Assembly: GCA_964433325.1 (NCBI GenBank)
Contig: CAYSPY010000001.1
Span: 228,961-292,960 of the forward strand
Source: an uncultured Candidatus Peribacteria bacterium
GTDB lineage: Bacteria > Patescibacteriota > Gracilibacteria > Peribacterales > Peribacteraceae
Direction of reading: 5' to 3'
Length of the DNA stretch: 64,000 nucleotides
Positions 6,663 through 17,406 of the stretch are shown here, in pieces. How positions within the stretch are numbered: position 1 is the stretch's first letter; each line of letters begins with the position of its first letter. The notes beneath the pieces were generated by a model. The model ran no database searches, had not been told where the DNA came from, and saw only the letters and a program-made list of their open reading frames with translations. The position numbers and the translations under genes were made by a program.

Positions 6663-8876
6663 TCATATTTCCAATAATTTCCAACTCGAAAAATCATCTT
6701 CTGACAACTTCTTGTCTTCATCTTGATAAACCATCCATCGCCCCTTAAACCTCTTTGAGTCAGTATTTGCCACAATCCCACCCCAGCAATTCTTGTGTTT
6801 CTTTATATACGATTGGAGACCGTCACTTTTCTCCTTCGCAAGTTTAATCTGCTGTCCGCTTTTTGTATCAAATAATCCAATTTTGCCATCCTTAAACTGC
6901 ACGATGAAATCGACAAAGAAAGGCTTATTCTCGCCATTTTCTTCATATGGAACTGCAAAATAGATTGATTCACGCTCGCCATTCTTGAACCACCATTTAA
7001 CTGCATCGGAAGCATCGAGAATTGCCATGAATTCGCTTTCTGTTTTCCATTCATCTTTTCGGTAATGATTTTGCATCACAGACTTGCCGCTCTTCATTTC
7101 CTCATAGTCGCCACTAAAGTTCAGTATTTCAGGAACCTCCCAATTTTGATTCACTTGTAGCTCATTGTCCTTCTTCTGAGTCTCAAGAATGTATTTTGTT
7201 TTGGTGCTGTCGAGCACATTTACGAAATGCTGCCTATTCTTCGGGCTAAGCACCATATTAATGATCTCAGAAAAACGTTCCGTGTACTGCATGCCAAGAC
7301 GCATTCGGAAGAAATAGTAGATAGCTTCCTTCACCCTTCCAATAGAACGATCTTCTGGATAGAACGGTGAAAGATTGTTTCTGACAAAGAAATCGTAGAG
7401 CTTCTGCAAATCGACCTCATCTCCAACATCAATTTTTGCTTCACCAGTAATCTTATGCGCAGTGAGCCTATCAACACTTTCGGCCTCGAAATCTGATATC
7501 AAAGATACTTCGACTTTCTGTCCCCTTATTTCGATTTTCTTTTCAAGATCGTACGCTTGCGCCTCTTTTAGGAACATTTTAATAAAGAGTGGGCTTAAGC
7601 GTGTTTTCTCGCGCAGTCGCAAACGATGAACCGATTCGAGTTTTATGGGCTTGTATTCATCAATGCGTTTACTTGTATAAATGGTGACGTAGCTACGTGC
7701 CATATCTTCTTTAATTTCAATATCAGTAAGATTGGTAAAAACATAGCCATGATTCAGAATCTTCTGTTCATAATGCCCAATGTCCGGCTGTGGCATTCGC
7801 ATAATGCGCCCGACGGTCTGTACCGAGAATGTTAGGCTCTTCCAGTCTCTAAATAACACTAGAATTTGTGCACGTGGGCAGTCCCAGCCGAGCGCAATGG
7901 CTTGCTTGAAAATCAGTACATCTGTTTCGTTATCGTTCTTTGAAATATTTTCCAAGTTTTCTTTTTCTTCAGAAAGATAAATTGCCAGCCTCCCATTTTC
8001 CGTGGTCATTCCGTAAGAATCTTTCAAGATACGTACAATCTCTTCTTTCATCTGATCTTCCTGCTGAGTCTTTCTGTCGGGAAGCTGTATGAGAAGAAGA
8101 GGATTAATATTTATTCCAGCTGCTTTATAGGCAGCAGCAAGCTCATCACGCTTTTTTAGCGCCAGTTGCAACACCATGGCATCCGTTCCATTAGCCAGAG
8201 CCGTTTTAAGGCTTTCCTTTTCGAGTACGTTCTTGAAATCTGGATTCAGTATCACTGATTTTTTTATCATCCCCTCTAGCTTTACGTCTTCCAGAGGTAC
8301 GGAAACAATTTCATCAGGGTTATTCATTATTGGCGTAGCCGAAACTTCTATAGTGAGCCTCGGCGCAATATCTGTAATAAGTTCTTTGGAAATTTCGCTT
8401 GTTGCGTGATGATGACTTTCATCAATAATAAGCACTATTTCACGCCCTTCGTCTTTCGTATTCTCAACGATTTTACTCAAATAAAACTCCTTCTCGTTCT
8501 CTTTAACGATTGTGTTCTTATCCTTCTTATTGATGCTTTCCCAGTTCAGAAACAAAATTTCATTTTCTCCGATTTGTTTATCTGTGAGGTCATCAAAATC
8601 AGAACACTCGAGCGCCCGAGAATCTTCGTAGTATTGTTCCAATTTTTGCTTGCTCTGAGTGTGGAGCTTCCGCGGTGCAGTCCAAACAAAGGAAAGGGGT
8701 ATCTTCATATCCCTATCACCTACAAGCTGTTTTAGAAACTCTGCTGTGATGATTGTTTTGCCCGAACCAGTAGGAGCCTTGAAAATCAGCTTCTTCTCCC
8801 CACTGCTTTTAAGTAATTCCTTGCTGCGGACGAGCAGTTTTTTGACGGCTGAGTTTTGATAGTCCTTGAGTTGCAT
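6663..8876 (-). CDS. res: Type III restriction enzyme, Res (helicase-nuclease) subunit
   Basis: First ATG at 8876. Walker A KAPTGSGKT, DEAH-like IIDESHH, helicase motif QTVGRIMR, and a C-terminal PD-(D/E)xK-like VDFIV...DTKSG. Located 12 nt downstream of mod. Confidence 0.8.
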   Translation of the reverse strand: MQLKDYQNSAVKKLLVRSKELLKSSGEKKLIFKAPTGSGKTIITAEFLKQLVGDRDMKIPLSFVWTAPRKLHTQSKQKLEQYYEDSRALECSDFDDLTDKQIGENEILFLNWESINKKDKNTIVKENEKEFYLSKIVENTKDEGREIVLIIDESHHHATSEISKELITDIAPRLTIEVSATPIMNNPDEIVSVPLEDVKLEGMIKKSVILNPDFKNVLEKESLKTALANGTDAMVLQLALKKRDELAAAYKAAGININPLLLIQLPDRKTQQEDQMKEEIVRILKDSYGMTTENGRLAIYLSEEKENLENISKNDNETDVLIFKQAIALGWDCPRAQILVLFRDWKSLTFSVQTVGRIMRMPQPDIGHYEQKILNHGYVFTNLTDIEIKEDMARSYVTIYTSKRIDEYKPIKLESVHRLRLREKTRLSPLFIKMFLKEAQAYDLEKKIEIRGQKVEVSLISDFEAESVDRLTAHKITGEAKIDVGDEVDLQKLYDFFVRNNLSPFYPEDRSIGRVKEAIYYFFRMRLGMQYTERFSEIINMVLSPKNRQHFVNVLDSTKTKYILETQKKDNELQVNQNWEVPEILNFSGDYEEMKSGKSVMQNHYRKDEWKTESEFMAILDASDAVKWWFKNGERESIYFAVPYEENGENKPFFVDFIVQFKDGKIGLFDTKSGQQIKLAKEKSDGLQSYIKKHKNCWGGIVANTDSKRFKGRWMVYQDEDKKLSEDDFSSWKLLEI

Positions 8877-8888
8877 AGTCAAAAGAGG

Positions 8889-10784
8889 TCATACAAATAT
8901 TCTACGATATACACGGAGTATGACCTCCGGTATAGGCAGTAATTTAACTTTCTGCTTCACATCCTCAAATTCCTCTTCAAATTCATCGTCACCAAGAGAG
9001 AAGATATATATGCAGAATTTTCCGTCAATCTTCGCTATGGCCTTCTTGAAATCGTCTATAGCGTCATGATCTAAAATTATTCCTGTATATCTATCCTTAT
9101 CGCGAAAAATTTTAAATTTATCGTTCGAAGTAACTCTTTCAAATGTATCTTCTTTTACACATAGCATTTCTGTCGCTTTTTGCGTGAAATCAACCTTATT
9201 TTTGTCAGTCACATTCGCAGGTACAAAAGTAGTTTTAAAATACTTAAGATTGCCACCTAAGCCCTGCTTTTTTCCGTTAGATTTTTTTATCCCATACAAA
9301 CGCAAAGAATTATCTTCTACTGTTACCTCTAGCTTATCGTAATTTTGTTGGTTAGCTTCTTTTATTTTTTCCAAATCATCTAAAACGACATCAATGTCTA
9401 CCAATACCTTTTCGTTTAATTTTGCCTCAAAAATAACATTTTTTTCTGTGCCGGTAAATTTATATCCACTAATAACATTCTTCATTCTGATTAGCGTAAC
9501 TTCTTGAGCTATATTACTTTCATTACTTGTACAGAGGATAAATTTTCTATTACCACCATCTTCTTTATTGAGCTCTAGTACTGCATGCCCAGTCGTCCCA
9601 GATCCTGCAAAAAAATCGAGAAAGATTCCGTTTTTATTACTAGATATTATTCTTAAGCAATCAATTACTGCATAAAGAGATTTTGGATAGTCGAAAGAAT
9701 TAGTGCTAGACATTATCTTTGATAATAGATTTGTTCCATATGCAGTAGCTGAATACTCAGTTTTGTCCCACCAAGTAAGGGGCAGCATGCCTTCTGAATT
9801 CATTCTCGCTTTTACGTAAACTGTAGGTTGCTTTCTTTGGTCCAATTTAACAGTCGTATCTGTTTTCATTTTTTCCATTACTGTCTCAATTCCCCATTTC
9901 CAGCAACGCAATTGACCGTGATCATCAACAGGATACTTAATAAACTCATCCTGGCCCGGTTCTTCAAGTAGCTTAAATTTTCGACTAATTGAGTCCCATT
10001 CAAGACTTGGGATCCTAAAGCCAGTTCCGTCTTTTTTAACGAAGAGTGGATATTGTAATCTCGGAGAAGACTCTGAATATCTTGCACGGAAATTTACCCA
10101 CTCAAAATTGCCAATTTCATCTTTATTCTTGTATCTTGCAATCTGATTTGAACTTCTTTGCAAACGCCCAATCGTCGTTTTTGATGATTTTCCATAAAAT
10201 AGTGCATACTCATGGGAAACTGCGAATCCGGCAGTAGTAGATCGACCTGAAGGGTTATTTTTAATGACCACCGTTCCAAGTCGATTTTCCTCACCAAATA
10301 TCTCGTTCATCATCAATGTCAGTGTTGCAATCTCATAGTCATCAATAGTTATAACAATAACCCCATCTTCTTTTAGTAAAGTTCTAGCTAACTTTAATCG
10401 CTTTTCCATAAAACTAAGCCACTTACTATGACGAAATGCGTCATTCCCATCTACATAGTCATTGTTATATTTCCAATTTTTTGCCCCTGTATTGTAAGGA
10501 GGATCTGCGTATATCGCATCAATCTTTCCTTTGTGTGTGTAATTAAGGATCGAAAGAGCATGAAAGTTATCTCCTTCAATTATTAGATTTGTTGGATCTT
10601 TCGGGTCATTAAGTATTTCCTTGTCCTTCACTTCTTCTAGAACAGGCAGCTCGGACTTGCACTGCACCAAAATGTCTTCTGGCTTTTCCTCCCATACAAG
10701 GCCATATTTTTTCCGCTTGCGTAATTGGTCAATCTCTTTGACCAGTTCATCTCGAGACCATGATGTGTAATCTTTTTTAGCCAT
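8889..10784 (-). CDS. mod: Type III R-M DNA methyltransferase, Mod subunit
   Basis: ATG 10784 (MAKKDYTSW...YGLVWEEKPE). Catalytic motif IYADPPYNTG precedes the AdoMet motif FFAGSGTTGHAV (beta-class order). Confidence 0.8.
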   Translation of the reverse strand: MAKKDYTSWSRDELVKEIDQLRKRKKYGLVWEEKPEDILVQCKSELPVLEEVKDKEILNDPKDPTNLIIEGDNFHALSILNYTHKGKIDAIYADPPYNTGAKNWKYNNDYVDGNDAFRHSKWLSFMEKRLKLARTLLKEDGVIVITIDDYEIATLTLMMNEIFGEENRLGTVVIKNNPSGRSTTAGFAVSHEYALFYGKSSKTTIGRLQRSSNQIARYKNKDEIGNFEWVNFRARYSESSPRLQYPLFVKKDGTGFRIPSLEWDSISRKFKLLEEPGQDEFIKYPVDDHGQLRCWKWGIETVMEKMKTDTTVKLDQRKQPTVYVKARMNSEGMLPLTWWDKTEYSATAYGTNLLSKIMSSTNSFDYPKSLYAVIDCLRIISSNKNGIFLDFFAGSGTTGHAVLELNKEDGGNRKFILCTSNESNIAQEVTLIRMKNVISGYKFTGTEKNVIFEAKLNEKVLVDIDVVLDDLEKIKEANQQNYDKLEVTVEDNSLRLYGIKKSNGKKQGLGGNLKYFKTTFVPANVTDKNKVDFTQKATEMLCVKEDTFERVTSNDKFKIFRDKDRYTGIILDHDAIDDFKKAIAKIDGKFCIYIFSLGDDEFEEEFEDVKQKVKLLPIPEVILRVYRRIFV

Positions 10785-11010
10785 AGAGGAATATGCGCAT
10801 TGTAGCGACTTCACCTGAGAAATAAACGCGATGGCATATTTCTTGTTTCATCTATATGAGCTTCCCCTCTCCGCACAAACCATCACAATTATCCCTAAAT
10901 TTATTATTGCTTTAAAATACTAAAACATTAAAGCACCCCTCGCAGGACATCATGTCTGTTAGGGGTCTTTTGCATAATGTAATCCGTTCCCGGACGACCA
11001 CCAGTACTCT

Positions 11011-11222
11011 TTATTGATGCCAGTAAAAGTGCTCATTTGGCTCCTGAACAGCGTTTTGACAGGATTCCTTTGCTCTCGCAATAGCGATTTCAAAATTTTG
11101 CCAATTCTTATAATCCCAGATGAGGCATCAGGTCACGAGCAGTCCAGTATTCACTGTCATACTCATTGACGTGCCGGATGGATTCGAAGATGTTCGAGTG
11201 AGGTAGTCAAAGAATATTGCAT
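11011..11222 (-). pseudogene. Decayed dinD-like (DNA-damage-inducible protein D family) gene fragment
   Basis: Hand translation of the minus strand gives FESIRHVNEYDSEYWTARDLMPHLG, then a frameshift, then YKNWQNFEIAIARAKESCQNAVQEPNEHF, then a stop, with a further frameshifted remnant. It resembles the E. coli DinD N-terminus (FEEIK...WSARQL..LLGY...AKEACENSG) recalled from memory. Confidence 0.45.
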
Positions 11223-11399
11223 CCAACCACAAATTCCTCAAATCCCGCGCTTCAATCCGCTAGCGCACTAAAGCATTTCCCCGTTTTTTCCTCACCCTAA
11301 GCCTAGACAGAACCTCCAAAAATCGATAAGCTCAGGCGTCGCTCCGCCCAACGCGGGGCCGTTTTTTTGTTGTATACATTTTTTCGCCTATCCCCTCTT

Positions 11400-14342
11400 A
11401 TGGATAATATCGTCGTCAAAGGTGCAAAGATGCACAACCTCAAGAATATTGATGTCACTATTCCCCGAAACAAGCTCACCGTGATTACGGGAGTATCGGG
11501 TTCCGGTAAATCGACGCTTGCGTTCGATACCATTTTCGCCGAAGGACAGCGTCGCTACGTCGAAAGTCTTTCTGCGTACGCCCGGCAGTTCATTGCGCAG
11601 ATGGAAAAACCAGAGGTCGATTCGATTGAAGGCCTATCCCCTGCCATTTCTATTGATCAAAAAACTGCGCCAAGAAACCCACGCTCGACGGTGGGGACTA
11701 TTACCGAAGTCTACGATTACATGCGTTTGCTCTGGGCAAAAATCGGTAAGGTGCACTGCACGGAGTGCGGAAAGCTCCTGGAGCGCCAGACAGCCAGCCA
11801 AATGGTAGAAACGATTGCCAATTTGCCAGAAGGAAAGAAGATTTACCTGCTTGCCCCACAAGTGGAAGGACGCAAAGGCGAGCACGTGAAGATTTTGGAT
11901 GCAATCAAGCGCGAAGGATTCGTCCGTGTTCGAATCGACGGCCAGATCATGACCACCGACGAAGAAATCACGCTCGACCCTAAGAAAGCACACAGCATTT
12001 CCATCGTCGTCGATCGTATGATGGTGCGCGAACTACAAACGAAGGAAGGCGAAGTAAATCCGCACAGGACGCGCTTGGCCGACTCAGTGGAACTCTGTTT
12101 AAAGAAGAGCGACGGAACGCTCATTGTGTTGGATGCAGACACGAACGAAGAATGGAGATTCTCGCAGTCATTCGTGTGCCCCGATCACCCCGCGCAGCAG
12201 ATTCCCGACCTAGAACCGCGCAGCTTCTCCTTTAACTCACCACAAGGTGCATGTGAGGAGTGTCACGGAATCGGTTCTATCTTGCAGATCGATGCATCAT
12301 CCCTTGTCCCAAACCCTGCTTTAACCTTGGCCGAAGGAGCCATTCACCCATGGGCAACATCTGCGAGTCGCATGGGGTTCATGAATAACGTGCTGGAAGC
12401 ACTCTCTAAAGCCGTTGGCTTTCGCATGAATACGCCATGGCAAAACCTTACAGACGAGCAGCGCCAGATCATTTTGCACGGGTACACGGAACCGCTGGAA
12501 GTAGAGATGGATACGCGCAGCTTTGGCGGAACCTACCGCACCACCTACGAAGGTGTTATTCCAAACCTCCAGCGCAGACACAGCGAAACGGATAGCAGCT
12601 ATGTTCGGCAGCAGATTGAAGAATACATGTTGGAGCTTCCTTGCCCTTCGTGTGGCGGTGAGCGTCTCAAGAAAGAAATCCTTGGCGTCACTGTTGGAGG
12701 CAAAAACGTCGTGGAGACAACGGACTTGAGTATTGAAGAGGCGGAAGAGTTCTTTAAGAGTCTGACACCACCCGAAAAAGACGGAAAGCGGAAAGCGGAA
12801 AGCAAACAGGATGCTACGAACGATGCCGCTATCCGACAACCGCTATCCGCATATGAATACACCATCGTCAAAAAAGTCCTACAGGAAATCGTAGCCCGTT
12901 TAAGTTTCCTTAAAAACGTCGGGCTTACCTACCTGACACTTTCCCGCAGTGCATCGACACTCTCCGGTGGAGAAGCACAGCGTATCCGCCTTGCAACGCA
13001 AATCGGTTCTGCACTCGAAGGCGTGCTCTACGTGCTAGATGAACCATCGATCGGGCTCCATCAGCGGGACAACGCACGCTTGATTGCAACCATCACCAAG
13101 CTGCGTGACCTGGGCAATACCGTGATTGTCGTAGAGCATGACGAAGAAACAATCGAAGCTGCGGATTACCTCCTTGAAATCGGACCAGGCGCAGGTAAGT
13201 ACGGCGGATCTGTTGTGGCACAGGGCCTACCCGAGGAACTGATCAATAATGCAGATTCTGTGACAGGGCAGTATTTGAGCGGCAAGAAGATGATCGAAAT
13301 TCCCAAAAAGCGCAGACCTGGTAATGGAAAAACAATTGATATTAAAGACGCGCACCACCACAACCTTCGCCACGTCGATGTCTCCATTCCACTTGGAACA
13401 TTCGTCGGAATCTCTGGTGTTTCTGGTTCTGGTAAATCGAGCTTGATTCACGGCATCCTTGGCCCCGAACTTCTACGTGTCCTTAACAAGGCGCACGCTA
13501 AGCCGCAGAACGTCGGCTCCATTACAGGGTTACAGCACCTGGATAAAGCGATTGTCATCGACCAGTCCCCTATTGGCCGTACACCTCGCAGTAACCCCGC
13601 AACGTACACGGGCATCTTTACCGATATCCGCGACTTGTTCGCCGTAACACCCGAAGCAAAACTACGCGGCTATCAGCCTGGTCGCTTTAGCTTTAACGTC
13701 AAAGGAGGCCGCTGCGAAGAATGTGAAGGAGACGGTATGAAGCGCATCGAAATGCATTTCCTCCCAGATGTCTTCGTCACGTGTGAAGCATGTAGCGGCC
13801 GACGCTACAACCGTGAAACTCTCGAAATCACGTATAAAGGAAAAAACATTGCCGATGCCTTGGATATGACAGCAACCGAAGGTATCGACTTCTTTGGGTC
13901 CATCCCCACACTCCACAAAAAACTGCAAACACTAGAAGATGTCGGCCTTGGTTACTTGCACCTTGGGCAAAGCGCTACCACGCTTTCGGGTGGAGAAGCT
14001 CAGCGCGTAAAACTGGCAACCGAGCTCCTGCGTCGTTCCACAGGACAAACATTCTATATTCTGGATGAACCAACAACAGGTCTGCACTTCGAAGATATTC
14101 GTAAACTTTTGATTGTGCTTGAGCGCCTTGTCGATAAGGGAAACACAGTGCTTGTCATTGAACATAACCTCGATGTGATTAAATCTGTAGACCACGTGAT
14201 CGACCTTGGTCCCGATGGTGGTAATGGTGGAGGCTACATTATTGCAACCGGTACACCGGAAGAAGTTGCAACAGTGGATGGAAGTTACACGGGGCAGTAC
14301 TTGAAAAAGATTTTTGAGAAACAGGCGAGTAAGAAGAAGTGA
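11400..14342 (+). CDS. uvrA: Excinuclease ABC subunit A
   Basis: Start at ATG 11400 (MDNIVVKGAKMHNLKNIDVTIPRNKLTVITGVSGSGKSTLAFDTIFAEGQRRYVESLSAYARQF). Two ABC modules, zinc-finger cysteines, two LSGGEAQR signatures. Confidence 0.95.
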   Translation: MDNIVVKGAKMHNLKNIDVTIPRNKLTVITGVSGSGKSTLAFDTIFAEGQRRYVESLSAYARQFIAQMEKPEVDSIEGLSPAISIDQKTAPRNPRSTVGTITEVYDYMRLLWAKIGKVHCTECGKLLERQTASQMVETIANLPEGKKIYLLAPQVEGRKGEHVKILDAIKREGFVRVRIDGQIMTTDEEITLDPKKAHSISIVVDRMMVRELQTKEGEVNPHRTRLADSVELCLKKSDGTLIVLDADTNEEWRFSQSFVCPDHPAQQIPDLEPRSFSFNSPQGACEECHGIGSILQIDASSLVPNPALTLAEGAIHPWATSASRMGFMNNVLEALSKAVGFRMNTPWQNLTDEQRQIILHGYTEPLEVEMDTRSFGGTYRTTYEGVIPNLQRRHSETDSSYVRQQIEEYMLELPCPSCGGERLKKEILGVTVGGKNVVETTDLSIEEAEEFFKSLTPPEKDGKRKAESKQDATNDAAIRQPLSAYEYTIVKKVLQEIVARLSFLKNVGLTYLTLSRSASTLSGGEAQRIRLATQIGSALEGVLYVLDEPSIGLHQRDNARLIATITKLRDLGNTVIVVEHDEETIEAADYLLEIGPGAGKYGGSVVAQGLPEELINNADSVTGQYLSGKKMIEIPKKRRPGNGKTIDIKDAHHHNLRHVDVSIPLGTFVGISGVSGSGKSSLIHGILGPELLRVLNKAHAKPQNVGSITGLQHLDKAIVIDQSPIGRTPRSNPATYTGIFTDIRDLFAVTPEAKLRGYQPGRFSFNVKGGRCEECEGDGMKRIEMHFLPDVFVTCEACSGRRYNRETLEITYKGKNIADALDMTATEGIDFFGSIPTLHKKLQTLEDVGLGYLHLGQSATTLSGGEAQRVKLATELLRRSTGQTFYILDEPTTGLHFEDIRKLLIVLERLVDKGNTVLVIEHNLDVIKSVDHVIDLGPDGGNGGGYIIATGTPEEVATVDGSYTGQYLKKIFEKQASKKK

Positions 14343-14355
14343 GTAAGCATAGAGT

Positions 14356-14418
14356 GTCATGGTGAGCCCGACGAACCATGACATAGCAAAAAATCACCCT
14401 TCGTCGAGCTCAGGGTGA
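14356..14418. repeat. Two-hairpin intergenic palindromic repeat, copy 2
   Basis: GTCATGGTGAGCCCGACGAACCATGAC ... TCACCCTTCGTCGAGCTCAGGGTGA, between the uvrA stop and the next start codon. Confidence 0.8.
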
Positions 14419-14430
14419 TAGTGCCCCACT

Positions 14431-15405
14431 ATGAAATACCGTGAACCCTCCCAACATCGGCGCCTCACCCATACACCACTGTTCTGGGACACGCTCACCG
14501 CGCTCATGATGCTCACATCACTCGCGGTGTTTGCGTATGGGGGAATGATTGGATGGATTGGTCTGATCAGCTTTGTCGTACTCCTCTACGGATCCTTTAT
14601 TGAGCCGAGAATGATCACAGTGAATAAAAAAAGTATTCATATTAAAGGGCTCAAAGATATAACAATTGCCATTATTGCAGACCAGCATATTGGCCCCTTT
14701 AAAGGCGAGCAATACATGCGTCGTATTGTCGAAAAAACACAGGAACTAAAACCTGATTTAATCTTACTTCCCGGTGATTTTATCTACGATCACCTGAGTG
14801 ACATTCATAAGCTCACACCACTCAAAGATCTTCATGCGCCACTAGGTGTGTTTGCAGTGCTCGGAAACCATGACACGGGGCACATGCTCGATCGCATCCG
14901 CGGTGCATTCGTCCCGTACCGAACACCAGACCGATCTGCAGATGTCATAGAATTGCTTGCATCATTCAATATTCCAATGCTGCGAAATGAACACCGCATG
15001 CTGCGTCATAAGGGACAAACATTCGCACTTGCTGGGACAGATCACTCGTTGATGGACAGTTGTGACCTTGATCAATCACTTACAGGTATTCCGCACGACG
15101 TCCCCGTCATTCTGCTGTCCCATGTTCCAGATATCATTATGAACGAAGCATCAACAAGAGCGTCGCTGATTGTGTCAGGCCATACACACGGCGGCCAGAT
15201 TCGTTTACCTTTTATTGGAGCAATTTACCCAATACCCGACAGACTTGGTAGCAAGTTTGACCAGGGCTTATTTGACCTTGGAAATGATCGAACACTAGCA
15301 ATCACACACGGTATTGGCGAAACACTGGCACGAGCACGCCTCTGTTGCCCACCAGAAATTATGATGTTACAAATTGAGAATGAAGAATTGAGAATGAAGA
15401 ATTAA
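14431..15405 (+). CDS. Membrane-anchored metallophosphoesterase
   Basis: Two N-terminal hydrophobic helices. Calcineurin-like motifs ADQH, GDFIYD, GNHD and GHTHGGQ. Confidence 0.8.
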   Translation: MKYREPSQHRRLTHTPLFWDTLTALMMLTSLAVFAYGGMIGWIGLISFVVLLYGSFIEPRMITVNKKSIHIKGLKDITIAIIADQHIGPFKGEQYMRRIVEKTQELKPDLILLPGDFIYDHLSDIHKLTPLKDLHAPLGVFAVLGNHDTGHMLDRIRGAFVPYRTPDRSADVIELLASFNIPMLRNEHRMLRHKGQTFALAGTDHSLMDSCDLDQSLTGIPHDVPVILLSHVPDIIMNEASTRASLIVSGHTHGGQIRLPFIGAIYPIPDRLGSKFDQGLFDLGNDRTLAITHGIGETLARARLCCPPEIMMLQIENEELRMKN

Positions 15406-15410
15406 TCCTT

Positions 15411-15929
15411 ATGATGAAAAGACTTTTGTTATTCTCCATTTTCCATTCTCAATTGATTCGTCATTTCACCGCCACCGCCTTCGTCACCGACTCCCACAAC
15501 AGAGTCCTTCTCTTGTGGCATAAGCGCATGCAAAAATGGATGCCACCCGGCGGACACATCGACCCCAATGAAACACCCGAAGATTGTGCCAAGCGTGAAT
15601 GCAAAGAAGAGACTGGATTGGATGTGGAAATTATCGGAGCAGAGCAACCTGATCTTTTTGAAGGTGCTAATGAGGAAGGGCGGATGCTGAAAAAACCCTT
15701 TGCAATGCTGCTCGAAAATATTCCCGCGAGCGAAGCGCGGAATGAACCCGCTCATCAACATATGGATTTCCTCTTTCATGCGAAGCCCCTTGATGAATCG
15801 CAAATACTTGAACGAGCAGAGGCAGAGGCTGAGGAATTAAAATGGTTTACCAAGGAAGAGGTAAGCTTATTGCCTGACGATCAAATATTTTCAAATGTTC
15901 GTCACTACGTCCTATCGGATTTTCGGTAA
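15411..15929 (+). CDS. NUDIX hydrolase
   Basis: Nudix box GGHIDPNETPEDCAKRECKEETGL. Confidence 0.85.
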   Translation: MMKRLLLFSIFHSQLIRHFTATAFVTDSHNRVLLLWHKRMQKWMPPGGHIDPNETPEDCAKRECKEETGLDVEIIGAEQPDLFEGANEEGRMLKKPFAMLLENIPASEARNEPAHQHMDFLFHAKPLDESQILERAEAEAEELKWFTKEEVSLLPDDQIFSNVRHYVLSDFR

Positions 15930-15933
15930 TAAA

Positions 15934-17406
15934 CTATGCATCGTGCGTGACATCTCCATATTTCTTTTGTATCTCGTGCCAAAGGGATTGGGATTGAGCA
16001 GTAAAGGCATCAAATGGAGCATTGAATGCAACCCACTCAGGGTTGAGATACATTTTAGAATTATCGGACAACACTCGCTCTGACATAGGACCCCCCTTCT
16101 TGTTGTAGTCATACGCAAAGTTGGCACAATCGCGATCGGCAAAAAATGCTGAGCTGCTCAAGTTTTCCGTCATGCGGATAGGCTCACGAAAGCCCGGGAA
16201 TGCTGGCTTCATTTGGAGTGAATACACTCGATAGCCCAAGAGCGTCTTAATATTGGAATAATGACGCTGAATGTCAGAAGCTGCTTTACATACCAGACGA
16301 GAAGCGGCAAAGGGCAACCCACCTCGTAGCGTGTCGATCATTAAAATTTCATCAACGCTCCTTTTAAATTTTTTCTTGGGAGGATCGCGCCTGTAAGCCA
16401 TGTCACCACCCGTTACTCCGTTGTTTAGATACGAAAGAATTTGAGATCGATGTGCGTCGCTTGGAAATCGGGGAGGCTGCCAATACGTGAACCAAGCCAA
16501 CAATTCACCGTTATCATCCATCAAATAACGCCCTTCATACGTCGGCTCGGTTTCCTTTTTTTCTGCTGTGAAATCTTTATACATCTGCTCTCCAACAGAT
16601 GGCTGACCATTGACCGATTCATCAAACCCAAACACGAACACTCCTTTATTTGTCTTCCGCCTGAATTCTGCGGCTTTATCTGCCTTGTTATGACGCAGTA
16701 ATTCAATTGTTGCAGGTGTGAGCCAAGCCTTCTCATACGAAGTTCGTATTTTTGGCAGCAATTCATCCACATTTGATGGCGTAACGTTGCCATATACAGC
16801 CGTCCTGACACGCTCAAAGACTGCTCGCATTTTTGGGTCAATGCCAAACATATGCTCAAGATTGGTCACGCATTCTGCAACAGCTCCAATGTGTGATTGT
16901 GCACCATCACTACTAATGAGTGGCTGCATGGTAGACCTCAGCAAATCTTCGGGTTCATCTGATGCAATAATAGACCTACTTGTTTGCGCCTTACCCCAGT
17001 CAATCACGCCCCGTTCATGTGTAAACTGCTGCTCCGATTTTGAATTACTAACTGGGGTATAAATATCCCGCGTTGCCCACCAAGTATCGAATTCCTTATC
17101 GACTGCATCAGTAATCCTATCGATTAAATCCATATCAGTCAGTGGCTCTACCGGGTGCGGGAAGACGTACTCATTTGCCAACCGAAAGACGGTCGCTCTC
17201 CCTAAGCGCGCTGCAATACCTGACATATTTTCTTCGGACAGTACTTGTCGAAAGGCGCATTGAACATTGCCACAGAGACGAGTGAGCTCTTGCACTACTC
17301 TTCCTTCAATCACTGCTGCGACTTTGGATATTTCCATGTGTCGCTGCAACTGCTTCTGATCAAGCGACATTTCCTGAGTTGCCCTTGCTTCCATTCTCAT
17401 AACCAT
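15934..17406 (-). CDS. Hypothetical protein, paralogue A of 20397-21542
   Basis: Long ORF; the listed start is GTG and the first ATG is at 17406. Shares MAYRR..KKKFKRS...IDT, LLGYRVY, and the SDNSKMYLNPEW segment (SGNKCEQFEPRW in the paralogue) with the gene at 20397-21542. Confidence 0.65.
   Translation of the reverse strand: MVMRMEARATQEMSLDQKQLQRHMEISKVAAVIEGRVVQELTRLCGNVQCAFRQVLSEENMSGIAARLGRATVFRLANEYVFPHPVEPLTDMDLIDRITDAVDKEFDTWWATRDIYTPVSNSKSEQQFTHERGVIDWGKAQTSRSIIASDEPEDLLRSTMQPLISSDGAQSHIGAVAECVTNLEHMFGIDPKMRAVFERVRTAVYGNVTPSNVDELLPKIRTSYEKAWLTPATIELLRHNKADKAAEFRRKTNKGVFVFGFDESVNGQPSVGEQMYKDFTAEKKETEPTYEGRYLMDDNGELLAWFTYWQPPRFPSDAHRSQILSYLNNGVTGGDMAYRRDPPKKKFKRSVDEILMIDTLRGGLPFAASRLVCKAASDIQRHYSNIKTLLGYRVYSLQMKPAFPGFREPIRMTENLSSSAFFADRDCANFAYDYNKKGGPMSERVLSDNSKMYLNPEWVAFNAPFDAFTAQSQSLWHEIQKKYGDVTHDA

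Noticed and set aside
12321-14384. Several 60-170-aa minus-strand ORFs inside uvrA (for example 12321-12839 and 13932-14384)
   Set aside because: They are antisense to an unambiguous uvrA frame and show no independent signals.
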